From Pseudolabrys sp. (GTDB lineage Bacteria > Pseudomonadota > Alphaproteobacteria > Rhizobiales > Xanthobacteraceae): a stretch of 64,000 bases of DNA. The position numbers and the translations under genes are program-made. Under the pieces are notes generated by a model. That model saw only the letters and a list, made by a program, of their open reading frames with translations. It had not been told where the DNA came from and did no database searches. The DNA lies in the NCBI GenBank assembly GCA_036557605.1, contig DATBHE010000074.1, positions 17,671-81,670 on the forward strand. The letters are read 5' to 3'. The stretch's first letter is position 1; every line of letters begins with the position of its first letter. Below are positions 47,946-56,859 of the stretch, piece by piece.

Positions 47946-48101
47946 CTACACGCGCCCGGTCAGGGCGAGAATGATCACGACGATAAGCAGCACGCCAAAC
48001 AGACCGGACGGTCCATAGCCCCAGCCGCTACTGTACGGCCAGCGCGGGATCGCCCCGATGAGCGCGAGGATGAGCAGAATGATGAGTATTGTACCAAGCA
48101 T
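47946..48101 (-). CDS. DUF3309 family small membrane protein (51 aa, below the ORF-track cutoff)
   Basis: Hand translation MLGTILIILLILALIGAIPRWPYSSGWGYGPSGLFGVLLIVVIILALTGRV*. Confidence 0.88.
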   Translation of the reverse strand: MLGTILIILLILALIGAIPRWPYSSGWGYGPSGLFGVLLIVVIILALTGRV

Positions 48102-48228
48102 AGTTGTGCCCCATGGATTGCGGTCGGCAAGTCACGACCGCGGTTGCCAAGCTTGAAGAATCCGCTGCAACAACGATCTGCTCGGAGCAAGGTTCCCAAA
48201 TTGGGGCGGCGGGCGGACCCAATGGCCT

Positions 48229-48480
48229 CTAGCGGCAGGATTGCGTGAGGCGAACCTTGGCAAACATGCTTGGCTCGAACCGGCAAAATCCGGAGTGAGA
48301 ATCCGCCGGACCTTGAAAGTACTCGCGTTCCGGCGTGTCCGCAGACGGCTTGGTCGACAATTCCATGTTCCTGCGAATGTGGGCCATTGGATCGGGCAGG
48401 TATGACGGATCGACGGGCGCGGGCTTCGCAACTGCAGCAGCCGTGTTCAGAGCCAAGGCAATGGCGAGCATATATTTCAT
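48229..48480 (-). CDS. Small secreted hypothetical protein (83 aa)
   Basis: Signal peptide MKYMLAIALALNTAAAVA; TAAGGAG SD; two C-terminal Cys. Confidence 0.65.
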   Translation of the reverse strand: MKYMLAIALALNTAAAVAKPAPVDPSYLPDPMAHIRRNMELSTKPSADTPEREYFQGPADSHSGFCRFEPSMFAKVRLTQSCR

Positions 48481-48481
48481 G

Positions 48482-48517
48482 GCCGAGTCTCCTTATCGAA
48501 GCCGAGTCTCCTTATCG
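48482..48517. repeat. 17-bp direct tandem repeat (period 19) containing the SD of the 48480 gene
   Basis: GCCGAGTCTCCTTATCG at 48482-48498 and 48501-48517. Confidence 0.85.
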
Positions 48518-48677
48518 GACGAAGAAGCAAATGCTTGGATGCGCGGACGTTCCATTGCCGCCCCATAATATTCACGTGAGATGCTGGGCAATTCGCCGCG
48601 GTCTGGCTTGATTTCAGCCCTTACAAATTGGCGGCCGCGTACATATTCTACGCGCCCATGATGTGGGGGAAAGCTAC

Positions 48678-49601
48678 GTGATGATCCGCTACAGATTGCT
48701 GATCGTTTTTGCGACGGTTGCTGCCGGACTTGCGCTTGTCGCCGCCGATGCCAACGCTCGTGCGGGTGGGGGCTTCTCGGCTGGGAGCCGCGGCATGCGC
48801 ACCTTCTCCGCGCCACCCGTTACGCGTACTGCGCCGACCACAGCTGCGCCGATTCAACGAACGATAACGCAACCACGTGCTGCAAATACGGTAGGTCAGG
48901 CATCGACCCGACCGGGACTGTTCGGGGGCGGATTGTTGGGCGGTCTAGCGGCGGGTTTCCTTGGTGCGGGCTTGTTCGGCCTTTTATTCGGGCACGGGTT
49001 TTTCGGCGGGATGGCTGGTCTTGCTTCCGTCCTCGGACTGATGCTGCAAATCGTCCTCATTGTAATTATCGCGAGAATGCTGTTCGCGTGGTGGCAGCGG
49101 AAGCAAATGCCTGTGCCCGCTTATGCCGGCGGGCATCGCGCGACCGGTCATTCTTTTAGCGGTCTTGGTGGCATGGTCGTCGGCCAAGCTTCGTCCGGCG
49201 AACCGCTTACGATCGGCAAAGCGGATTACGACGCGTTTGAGAGCTTGCTTGGCGAAATTCAGTCGGCCTATTCAGCCGAAGACATCAACGCGCTGCGGAC
49301 CAAGGTGACGCCTGAGATGCTGTCCTATTTTTCAGAACAGCTCGCCGAGAATGCCGGTCGCGGCCTTGTCAACAAGATTGACGGCGTTCGGCTCGAACAG
49401 GGCGATCTGGCCGAGTCCTGGCGTGAAGGTCAGGTCGAATATGCAACCGTTGCTATGCGATTCGCGCTGGCCGATCGGATGGTCGACCGTGTTACCGGTC
49501 GCGCAGTTGAGGGTGGTTCGCCCACGCAAACAACTGAATTGTGGACGTTCATGCGTGCCCCCGGCGGCAAGTGGCTGCTTTCCGCGATCCAGCAAACATA
49601 G
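48678..49601 (+). CDS. TIM44-like domain protein
   Basis: GGGFSAGSRG..T Gly-rich N-terminus, TM, C-terminal NTF2-like TELWTFMR..GG.WLLSAIQQ. Confidence 0.88.
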   Translation: MMIRYRLLIVFATVAAGLALVAADANARAGGGFSAGSRGMRTFSAPPVTRTAPTTAAPIQRTITQPRAANTVGQASTRPGLFGGGLLGGLAAGFLGAGLFGLLFGHGFFGGMAGLASVLGLMLQIVLIVIIARMLFAWWQRKQMPVPAYAGGHRATGHSFSGLGGMVVGQASSGEPLTIGKADYDAFESLLGEIQSAYSAEDINALRTKVTPEMLSYFSEQLAENAGRGLVNKIDGVRLEQGDLAESWREGQVEYATVAMRFALADRMVDRVTGRAVEGGSPTQTTELWTFMRAPGGKWLLSAIQQT

Positions 49602-49623
49602 AACTGATCTTTCACGACGATTC

Positions 49624-49956
49624 TTAAACGTTTTCCACGACCTTGTTAGTGGAGGAAGTGACGTCTGCCATGGGCCTTGCGTTTGCACGTACACGTTCGT
49701 CAAGCCATGAATCAAACTTTACCCCGATCTCCCGCGGCTTGCGCCATATCACCCGACAACGCCGGCGGGTCGATCCGTTCTCGGCGAGCAGCAACAGGAA
49801 AGTGTCCGGGATCGCTTCCGAGTCGGGGATGTTGATATGCGCCCCGTTGCTCGAAATGTTGGTAATGATGCATTCGCATCGCTGTCCGGCCTCCGGCATG
49901 AGCCAGGCAGCACGGTGTAACCGGTGGCGTCGCGTCTTGCGTTTGTCTCCGCGCAT
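49624..49956 (-). CDS. Stand-alone PilZ domain protein
   Basis: RKTRR (RxxxR) and NISSNG (D/NxSxxG) c-di-GMP-binding motifs; CRVIWR...GVKF. Confidence 0.88.
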   Translation of the reverse strand: MRGDKRKTRRHRLHRAAWLMPEAGQRCECIITNISSNGAHINIPDSEAIPDTFLLLLAENGSTRRRCRVIWRKPREIGVKFDSWLDERVRANARPMADVTSSTNKVVENV

Positions 49957-50282
49957 GGTGCCCCGCGGGCGTCACATTGAGTCGAACGGCCTTACAGCGT
50001 TCAGGTTCTGTTAATTGTTGCGGATCGGCGGCAGGCAACTGTAACAAGTAGCCTTTACAAATTCATAAAACGTTATTCGACGGCGCTGATCACGCTTAGA
50101 ACCGTTGACCTTGCAGCGAAATACGTTTATGTCGCCGCCCGCAACCTGGTTTTCGGCCTTAACTTGCTGCCACGCTCCCAGTTTCGGGCTACGCCTCAAG
50201 TGAACTCCCAAAAACTTGGCTTGTGACCGCCAACGCGATGACGCGTCGGCGTTCAACAGGAAAGCGTGAAAGGAAACTCTTG

Positions 50283-50486
50283 ATGCCTGTCGGAACTGTG
50301 AAATTTTTCAATACTCAAAAAGGCTACGGCTTCATTCAGCCGGACGATGGTTCGAAAGACGTTTTTGTGCACATCACGGCCGTGGAGCGTGCTGGAATGC
50401 GCTCGTTGGTCGAGGGTCAGAAAATTACCTTCGAAATCGTCACCGAGCGCGGGAAGCAGGCCGCCGGCAATTTGCAGCCGGTCTGA
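50283..50486 (+). CDS. Cold-shock protein (CspA family)
   Basis: GTVKFFN..KGYGFI (RNP1), DVFVHI (RNP2). Confidence 0.96.
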   Translation: MPVGTVKFFNTQKGYGFIQPDDGSKDVFVHITAVERAGMRSLVEGQKITFEIVTERGKQAAGNLQPV

Positions 50487-50506
50487 CCGTATTGCAGTCT
50501 TGAAGC

Positions 50507-50537
50507 AAAAGCCCGGCGGGATACGCCGGGCTTTTTT
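50507..50537 (+). terminator. Rho-independent terminator after csp
   Basis: AAAAGCCCGGCG-ggata-CGCCGGGCTTTTTT. Confidence 0.85.
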
Positions 50538-50617
50538 CGTCCAATACATTTAAAGTGTCACTTTTAAAGTGTTGCATTCGAGCGTGGACACGGGGACATT
50601 GTGACAAGAGGGGAGAT

Positions 50618-51031
50618 ATGACCATGGATATTATTGCTTGCGGGTCGCGTCCCTCCCGCCGAATGGGACCGCCGAGTTTCACCGGAACGGTTTGGCAGGA
50701 CCCTATTATTCAGGCGCCCGATCCGGCGCGTATTCGATCTGCATGGGTCCGCTTCGAGCCCGGTGCCCGAACGGCTTGGCATACCCATCCGCTCGGACAG
50801 ACCCTTTTCATCACGTCCGGTATTGGCCGTGTTCAGACCTGGGGCGGCCCGGTGCGCGAGGTTCGTGCCGGCGACACCGTCTGGATTCCGCCGGGTGAGA
50901 AACATTGGCACGGTGCTACCGCCGAGCATGCGATGGAACATCTTGCGATGCAGGAGGCTCAGGGTGGCGAACATGTCACCTGGCTCGAGCCTGTGACCGA
51001 CACGCAATATTCGGGCAAGTCCGCCGGCTAA
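50618..51031 (+). CDS. Cupin (hydroxynitrile-lyase-like small cupin family)
   Basis: FTGTVWQDP, FEPGARTAWHTHPLGQTL, PGEKHWHGA. Confidence 0.9.
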   Translation: MTMDIIACGSRPSRRMGPPSFTGTVWQDPIIQAPDPARIRSAWVRFEPGARTAWHTHPLGQTLFITSGIGRVQTWGGPVREVRAGDTVWIPPGEKHWHGATAEHAMEHLAMQEAQGGEHVTWLEPVTDTQYSGKSAG

Positions 51032-51137
51032 ACGGCCGATCAACGACTCGTGATTGCCCGGAATACATCCATCAATATTGTTGTTGTGTCTCCCGATGGC
51101 GGGGCAACGGGTCCTGCCGATAGCGGGAGGATTAGTA

Positions 51138-51794
51138 ATGAAGTTTCGACTCGGCGCGTCGTTGGCGGCTTGCGCAATGGTAGTTTGCTCCGCCTCCGCC
51201 GACGCTCAACAATCAAATATGTCGTTCTTTCTAACGAGCGTTGGACCAGGCAAGGGTGCTGACCTTGGTGGGTTGGCCGGCGCCGATCGTCATTGCCAGC
51301 AGCTCGCGGCATCGGTGGGGGCCGGTGCGAAGACGTGGCATGCCTATCTCTCCACGCAAGGTGCCGGCGCAGTAAATGCGCGTGACCGGATTGGTAGGGG
51401 ACCCTGGGTCAATGCAAAAGGTGTAACGATTGCAAAGGACGTTGCAGAGCTGCATGGAGCCAACAATCTAACCAAGCAGACGGCACTCAGTGAAAAAGGC
51501 GAAGTGAACAACGGTAGGGGGGACACGCCGAACAAGCATGACATTCTTACCGGTTCGCAGCCCGACGGCACCGCTTTCGCCGGAACTGATGATCGCACCT
51601 GCAAGAATTACACGAGCAGCACGCAAGGCGCGGTCATGGTCGGACACGCCGATCGGCAAGGCCTGCGCGATGACGAACCGTCCAAGTCCTGGAACTCGTC
51701 GCACCCTTCGCGCGGGCCGGATGGCGGCTGCTCGCAGGCGGACCTCCGTAGCACTGGAGGCGATGGGTTGCTGTATTGCTTTGCCGTAAATTAG
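51138..51794 (+). CDS. Secreted endostatin/C-type-lectin-like fold protein
   Basis: Signal peptide; GGLAGADRHCQQLA...TWHAYLS, HDILTGS, LLYCFA terminus. Confidence 0.72.
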   Translation: MKFRLGASLAACAMVVCSASADAQQSNMSFFLTSVGPGKGADLGGLAGADRHCQQLAASVGAGAKTWHAYLSTQGAGAVNARDRIGRGPWVNAKGVTIAKDVAELHGANNLTKQTALSEKGEVNNGRGDTPNKHDILTGSQPDGTAFAGTDDRTCKNYTSSTQGAVMVGHADRQGLRDDEPSKSWNSSHPSRGPDGGCSQADLRSTGGDGLLYCFAVN

Positions 51795-51817
51795 CAGGAT
51801 TATTTTGGGTACCGACT

Positions 51818-51848
51818 CCGGCGAAGTGGGTATTTTCCGCTTCGCCGG
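51818..51848 (+). terminator. Stem-loop after the endostatin-like gene
   Basis: CCGGCGAAGTGG-N7-CCGCTTCGCCGG with one G-U pair, T-rich run downstream. Confidence 0.5.
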
Positions 51849-51984
51849 CGTTTCTGCTTTTTTCCATAAAACGGTCGTGGTATCGAACTACTGATTTCGG
51901 CCGTGCTTTGCGTGATTTGCCGGGGGAAACAACGAGTGGGGGAGCCTCTGTGCCGAACTGGGCGGCCGGAGGCACAATAGGGCG

Positions 51985-53268
51985 ATGCCGCAAATCGAAA
52001 ACGTATTGCTCCTTTTTGGAGACGCACTTCTTTACTTCGTTGCGTTGGCTGCACTCCTGAGGGCACGAACACGCCTGGGGCTCGGTGCGTTTTTCTGCAC
52101 CCTCGGCGTGATGCATTTCCTCGAGACCTATCTCGCCAGCATTCTTTACGTCTCACTGCCGTTTGACATCGTCAGCTCGCCGGGTTCGACGGTGCTCTTT
52201 ACCGGCAAGCTGATGATGTTGTTGCTCCTCTACATCCGCGAGGACGCAGTTGTCGTACGGCAGCCGATCTACGGTCTCTTGTTCGGCAACGTGCTTTTGT
52301 TCGCACTTGCCTTCGTCATGCGTCACCACATACCGGCTGCGCTCGTGCCCGGGCGTGCCGCGGATTTCGCCTTTCTCAACGAGATGGGCGCTCTGATGGT
52401 GTGGGGAACGGCAATTCTGTTCTTCGACTGTCTTCTCATCATTCTGCTTTATGAGCGTTCAAGAACATGGTTCGGCGACCATGTATTTCCGCGCATTGCC
52501 TTATGCGGAGCGCTGGTGCTCACATTCGATCAAGCTGCATTCTTCGTCGGACTGCACATGCTCACCGGTGCGGGCCTTGATGTCCTGGTCGGTGGCTGGT
52601 TTGCCAAAATGGCGGCAGTCGCGCTTTATTCGGTTCTTGCCGGCTTCTACCTCATGTATTTCGAGCGGCCGCTCAGGCGTCACGCGGAAGCCCCGCGCAT
52701 ATGGGATGTTTTCGACACGCTGACCTATCGCGAGCGTTACGAGAATCTCCTCGCGCGTACCGGCTGCGACTCGCTCACAGGCGCGCTCGACCGGCAGTCA
52801 CTCGAGGTGCATGGCCGCCGGGCGGTCGAGCATGCCGCCGCCGCGGGTCGACAGCTCGCGCTGCTGCTCATCGATATCGATCATCTCAAGCACCTGAACG
52901 ATCGGTTCGGTCACGGCGCGGGTGACAGAATCCTCAAGCGGACCGTGCTCGACGTCATTGCGACTGTGCGGATGTCCGACTTCATTTATCGGTTCGGCGG
53001 GGAAGAATTTGTCGTTATTGCCGACGGCCTTAATATCGATGATGCGTTGACCCTGGGCGAGCGCATTCGGCGACGCGTTGCGTCCAGCGGCAGCGAGGCC
53101 GAAGGCCGGCTTACTGTCAGTATCGGCATCGCCCATTGCCCGCGCGACGGGAGAGATTACGAAACGCTGTCTGATGTTGCCGACAGACGACTCTATGAGG
53201 CGAAAGCGGCCGGCCGAAATTGCGTCGTCGGCGGCGAGAAAAGCGTACGCCTCGTTCACGCCGGCTAG
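51985..53268 (+). CDS. Membrane diguanylate cyclase (GGEEF) with multi-TM N-terminal domain
   Basis: DIDHLK..ND.FGH.AGD, RFGGEEF, I-site RMSD, ADRRLYEAK; about 7 hydrophobic helices N-terminal. Confidence 0.92.
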   Translation: MPQIENVLLLFGDALLYFVALAALLRARTRLGLGAFFCTLGVMHFLETYLASILYVSLPFDIVSSPGSTVLFTGKLMMLLLLYIREDAVVVRQPIYGLLFGNVLLFALAFVMRHHIPAALVPGRAADFAFLNEMGALMVWGTAILFFDCLLIILLYERSRTWFGDHVFPRIALCGALVLTFDQAAFFVGLHMLTGAGLDVLVGGWFAKMAAVALYSVLAGFYLMYFERPLRRHAEAPRIWDVFDTLTYRERYENLLARTGCDSLTGALDRQSLEVHGRRAVEHAAAAGRQLALLLIDIDHLKHLNDRFGHGAGDRILKRTVLDVIATVRMSDFIYRFGGEEFVVIADGLNIDDALTLGERIRRRVASSGSEAEGRLTVSIGIAHCPRDGRDYETLSDVADRRLYEAKAAGRNCVVGGEKSVRLVHAG

Positions 53269-53398
53269 CGGGATTATCAATTTCGGAACGAAGACGACCG
53301 TGGCGGCTTGTGCCGACCCCCGTGGTCTTGCTTCAATGGGATCGGCGCGCGCCTGTGTGTCAGGGCAAGCACGGCAATGGCGCGCGAATGGTGCTCTT

Positions 53399-54109
53399 AT
53401 GCGTTATCAATTGTTCTATTGGCCGGAAATCCAGGGACGTGGCGAGTTTGTGCGCCTTGCGCTCGAAGATGCGGGCGCTACCTACGACGATGTGGCCCGT
53501 AAAGCGGGTGGCACGGACCGCATGCTTGCGATGATGAAGGGTGGGCGCGACAAACATCCGCCGTTCGCCCCGCCTTTTCTGAAAGCGGGCAAGCTCGTGA
53601 TCGCGCAGGTCGCCAATATCCTTTTCTATCTCGGACCTCGCCTGAAACTTGCCCCCCGGGACGAAATCGGACGAGTATGGCTTCATCAACTCCAGCTGAC
53701 CGTCACGGATTTCGTGAAAGAAATCCATGACACACACCATCCGGTGGGTTCGGGCCTTTATTACGAGGACCAGATGCCGGAAGCGAAGCGCTATACCGGA
53801 AACTTCCTCAGCGAGCGCGCGCCAAAATATCTCGGTTATTTTGAGACCGTGTTGAGGAAGAGCAAAGGACCTTATTTGCTTGGTCGCAAAGCGACTTATG
53901 CAGATTTATCGATGTTTCAGTTGATCGAAGGGCTGCGTTACGCCTTCCCAAGGGCAATGAAAGATATCGAGCGAAAGGTGCCTGGCGTGGTCTCTGTTCG
54001 AGACAAGGTTTCAGAGCATCCGCGCATCAAATCCTACCTCGGGTCACCGCGGCGGCTCGCCTTCAACGAAATGGGGATTTTTCGTCGGTATCCGGAATTG
54101 GATGGTTGA
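53399..54109 (+). CDS. Glutathione S-transferase
   Basis: LFYWPEIQGRGEFVRLALE, PFAPPFL, IAQVANIL, TYADLS. Confidence 0.9.
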   Translation: MRYQLFYWPEIQGRGEFVRLALEDAGATYDDVARKAGGTDRMLAMMKGGRDKHPPFAPPFLKAGKLVIAQVANILFYLGPRLKLAPRDEIGRVWLHQLQLTVTDFVKEIHDTHHPVGSGLYYEDQMPEAKRYTGNFLSERAPKYLGYFETVLRKSKGPYLLGRKATYADLSMFQLIEGLRYAFPRAMKDIERKVPGVVSVRDKVSEHPRIKSYLGSPRRLAFNEMGIFRRYPELDG

Positions 54110-54117
54110 CTGCGAGA

Positions 54118-54594
54118 CTATCCTTGCGCCGCCAGCGCCTTGCCGCCGGCGGTCGCCGGCTTTGCCGATATCAACGTGAATGCAATCACGCAGGGTTCGC
54201 TGCCTTTATTAATCCAGTTGTGAATTGTGCCACGCTGCACGAGCACATCGCCGGCCTTCAGATGGACGCTTGTGCCGTCCAGGTCCATGTCGATCTCGCC
54301 GGCTATCACGACGGCATAGTCGATCGAGTCAGTGCGGTGATTGCGCGGCGCTACACCAGGAGCGAAACTGACGATCCGAAACACTGTTCCGTTTGGAATC
54401 GTCGTTCCGATCTTCTCGCTGGAGGGGTCGACCTCGCCGTCGTTATCGACCGGGAAGCCCTGGCTGGACCAGATCACGCTGTAAAGCGCACCAGGACGTT
54501 GCGATGTAACATTCTTGACTGTCTCGTCGATCAGCACTTTCGCACGGCCGTGTTCATCGTGTCCGGTGACGACGCGTCGGATGTTCAGGCTCAT
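54118..54594 (-). CDS. Cupin domain protein
   Basis: IRRVVTGHD, HRTDSIDY, GDVLVQRGTIHNWIN. Confidence 0.9.
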   Translation of the reverse strand: MSLNIRRVVTGHDEHGRAKVLIDETVKNVTSQRPGALYSVIWSSQGFPVDNDGEVDPSSEKIGTTIPNGTVFRIVSFAPGVAPRNHRTDSIDYAVVIAGEIDMDLDGTSVHLKAGDVLVQRGTIHNWINKGSEPCVIAFTLISAKPATAGGKALAAQG

Positions 54595-54617
54595 GGACTT
54601 CTCCCAGAATTGCCGAA

Positions 54618-55559
54618 TTACAGAGACTCATCAGCGGGCAGGGGCTTTCTGCTGGTTTCGTGCCACAGCAGAAACAAACCGGAACCCACCACGATCGCCG
54701 AGCCGCCCAGAAGTGTCAGCGTCGGCACGTCTCCCCAGAAAATAAAGCCGAGTGCAGCCGACCAGACCAGCATGAAATAATAAAATGGACCGACCGCAGA
54801 AGGCGGAGCAAGCGATAACGCCCGGGTCCACCAGTATTGGCCGACGGCATTGATGATGCCGTTGCCGATCAATGCGGCGGTATCAACCGGAGCGGGCCAG
54901 GCGAAGAAAAACGGCAATGCCAGCGTAAAAAACAACGTGAGAAAGATCATCTGATACATGGTGAGGGTTTCAGCGGATTCCGTCGTCGTCATGCCGCGCA
55001 CGGCCGCTGTAACGCTGCCGAACAGCACGGCGTTGGCAAGCGCGAACATGGCGCCGAGACGGAAACTATCGGCGCCTGGAGCTGCCACCAGCAAGACGCC
55101 AAGAAAGCCAGCTGCAAGCACGGCCAGCCGCGCAAAGTCGACCTTCTCCTTTAGCCATATCGCCGCGAACAAGGTTGCAAAGAGGGGCGACGAGAAGTTG
55201 ATGGCAACGGCGCCGGCCAGCGGCATCAATCCGAAGGCGATGATGATCAGGCTTTGCGCGGCCGCCTGCGTCGCGCTGCGTGCGACATGATCGCCCAGAC
55301 GGTTTGTGCGCAGCACCGTGAGGCCCGTCCGTGGCAGGATCAGCACGGCACATGTCGCCAGCGACGCGCTGGCGCGGAAGAACAGGACCTCAACGAAGGA
55401 ATATTCGGCCACCTGCCATTTTGACAGGGCGCTTGAGACCGCAAACATCACCGTCGCACCCAGCATGAACAGGATGCCCAGCGAAATACGATCGGTGCGG
55501 CCACCGGCTCGTTCGAGGCTGTTGGAGGTCAAGGAGAGGGCCCCGGGGGAAGAGGTCAC
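54618..55559 (-). CDS. DMT/EamA family transporter
   Basis: Ten TM in two EamA repeats; INFSSPLF..LFA.IWLKEKV. Confidence 0.9.
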   Translation of the reverse strand: MTSSPGALSLTSNSLERAGGRTDRISLGILFMLGATVMFAVSSALSKWQVAEYSFVEVLFFRASASLATCAVLILPRTGLTVLRTNRLGDHVARSATQAAAQSLIIIAFGLMPLAGAVAINFSSPLFATLFAAIWLKEKVDFARLAVLAAGFLGVLLVAAPGADSFRLGAMFALANAVLFGSVTAAVRGMTTTESAETLTMYQMIFLTLFFTLALPFFFAWPAPVDTAALIGNGIINAVGQYWWTRALSLAPPSAVGPFYYFMLVWSAALGFIFWGDVPTLTLLGGSAIVVGSGLFLLWHETSRKPLPADESL

Positions 55560-55647
55560 TGCCTAGCACGAGCAAACTTTCGTGGGCAGCGTCAAAATCG
55601 AATAGCGGGCCTGCGGAACATCTGTGGTGGGTGCTTGCGGCTCTAGG

Positions 55648-56124
55648 CTATCGACTGGTGCGTCGCAATCGGCCGAGCCTGATAGCACGGCGCTTTTTTG
55701 CGGCACGCGCCTCCCGCTGTTTGCGGGCGCGGCGTCGGCGGCAACGCCTGCATCGGCAATTCGAGCGGCCGATGACGTATTTGAGATAATCGTTGCCATA
55801 GTCGTATGTGATTTCCTCGTCGGGATTTATGTTACGCAATGCCCGGATGAACACGCGCCCACCGTAAGTGTAGGTCTCGGCATTCGGGTTGCAGGCGTGG
55901 TTGGCGTAGCGTGCGATATTGCTACGTGGCGAGCCGTCAATGGTGACGTCCGCATTGATCTCATAGAGATAGCGATTCCCGCGCCGCTCGAGTCGTCCTG
56001 CTTCCTCGGCGCTCACGCGTGGGCCGCGATACTCGACGATTCTTTCGCCTTTCTTGATCGGCCTGACAGCGAAAAGACCTAGACCGGTAATCGAACGGCC
56101 GACGCGGAATGATTTTCGTGGCAT
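55648..56124 (-). CDS. SET-domain protein-lysine methyltransferase with post-SET Cys motif and basic tail
   Basis: GLGLFA, ARYANHACNPNA (RxxNHSC-like), EEITYDY, CRCRRC; start MPRKSF at 56124. Confidence 0.92.
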   Translation of the reverse strand: MPRKSFRVGRSITGLGLFAVRPIKKGERIVEYRGPRVSAEEAGRLERRGNRYLYEINADVTIDGSPRSNIARYANHACNPNAETYTYGGRVFIRALRNINPDEEITYDYGNDYLKYVIGRSNCRCRRCRRRRARKQREARAAKKRRAIRLGRLRRTSR

Positions 56125-56859
56125 TTCGGAATAGAAGCGATGACGACGACGGCGATGACAGATGAAGGGCTGCAGGTCAATCCGGCGGCTCCGTTGAACC
56201 GGCACTCCACGGACAATCCGGCCGCACTTTCAGGCATCGGGCAACGGTGAGGCGCAGTCTAGTGGACGAACCGGCCGGCCCAATTCAGAAAAGCGCTGAA
56301 TTGATCCGGATAGACTATGAAATAAATCACCAGCGCCACTGGGGCCAACATGAAAGCCAAGTCTCGCATGGGGAATCACCCTGCGCGCGTTGAATCTGCA
56401 TACTCCTTTTCCAGGAGCCAAGTAACGTCAATATCAACGGCCGTAAAAATTTCGGTTCATCCCCGACCGGTTTTGCTGTGCTTCTTTGGAACAACGACGT
56501 GCTTAGGCCCTGCACCGGTGCCGCCATACCGTGGGACGGACAGCAGATCGGGCCCGAAGCTGCTGGCCGATGCAACTCGGCTCAGTGCAGGCTCGAAGCG
56601 ATTCTGGCAACGGTCTGCGCCGGCAATTCACGACTCCATTCATCATAGCTCCTGATGGGGAGCCAGCGGCCACACCTTCCGACACCTGCGGCGTTATCTC
56701 CGAGGATTAGGCATAGCTTGCGGCTCTCCTCTTCTTGTTTGTCTTTTCCCGCTCCTGAGCGCTACCCGCCGCGAGTCTAACAGATGTGCGGATCGAATGG
56801 CTTTTCATCGGCACAAGGCGGGGTTATGACCCTGCAAAATGGCCATTCTGGAGATTTTC

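Noticed and set aside
48482-48517. Direct repeat considered as a CRISPR mini-array or att site
   Set aside because: Only two 17-bp copies with a 2-nt spacer; no cas or integrase genes in the window.
50011-50256. 81-aa minus-strand ORF between pilZ and csp
   Set aside because: No SD or recognisable domain; the region is better explained as the csp promoter/long 5-prime UTR and the pilZ promoter.
55624-56082. 152-aa plus-strand ORF overlapping the SET gene
   Set aside because: Almost entirely antisense to a gene with complete SET motifs; no SD or family signal.
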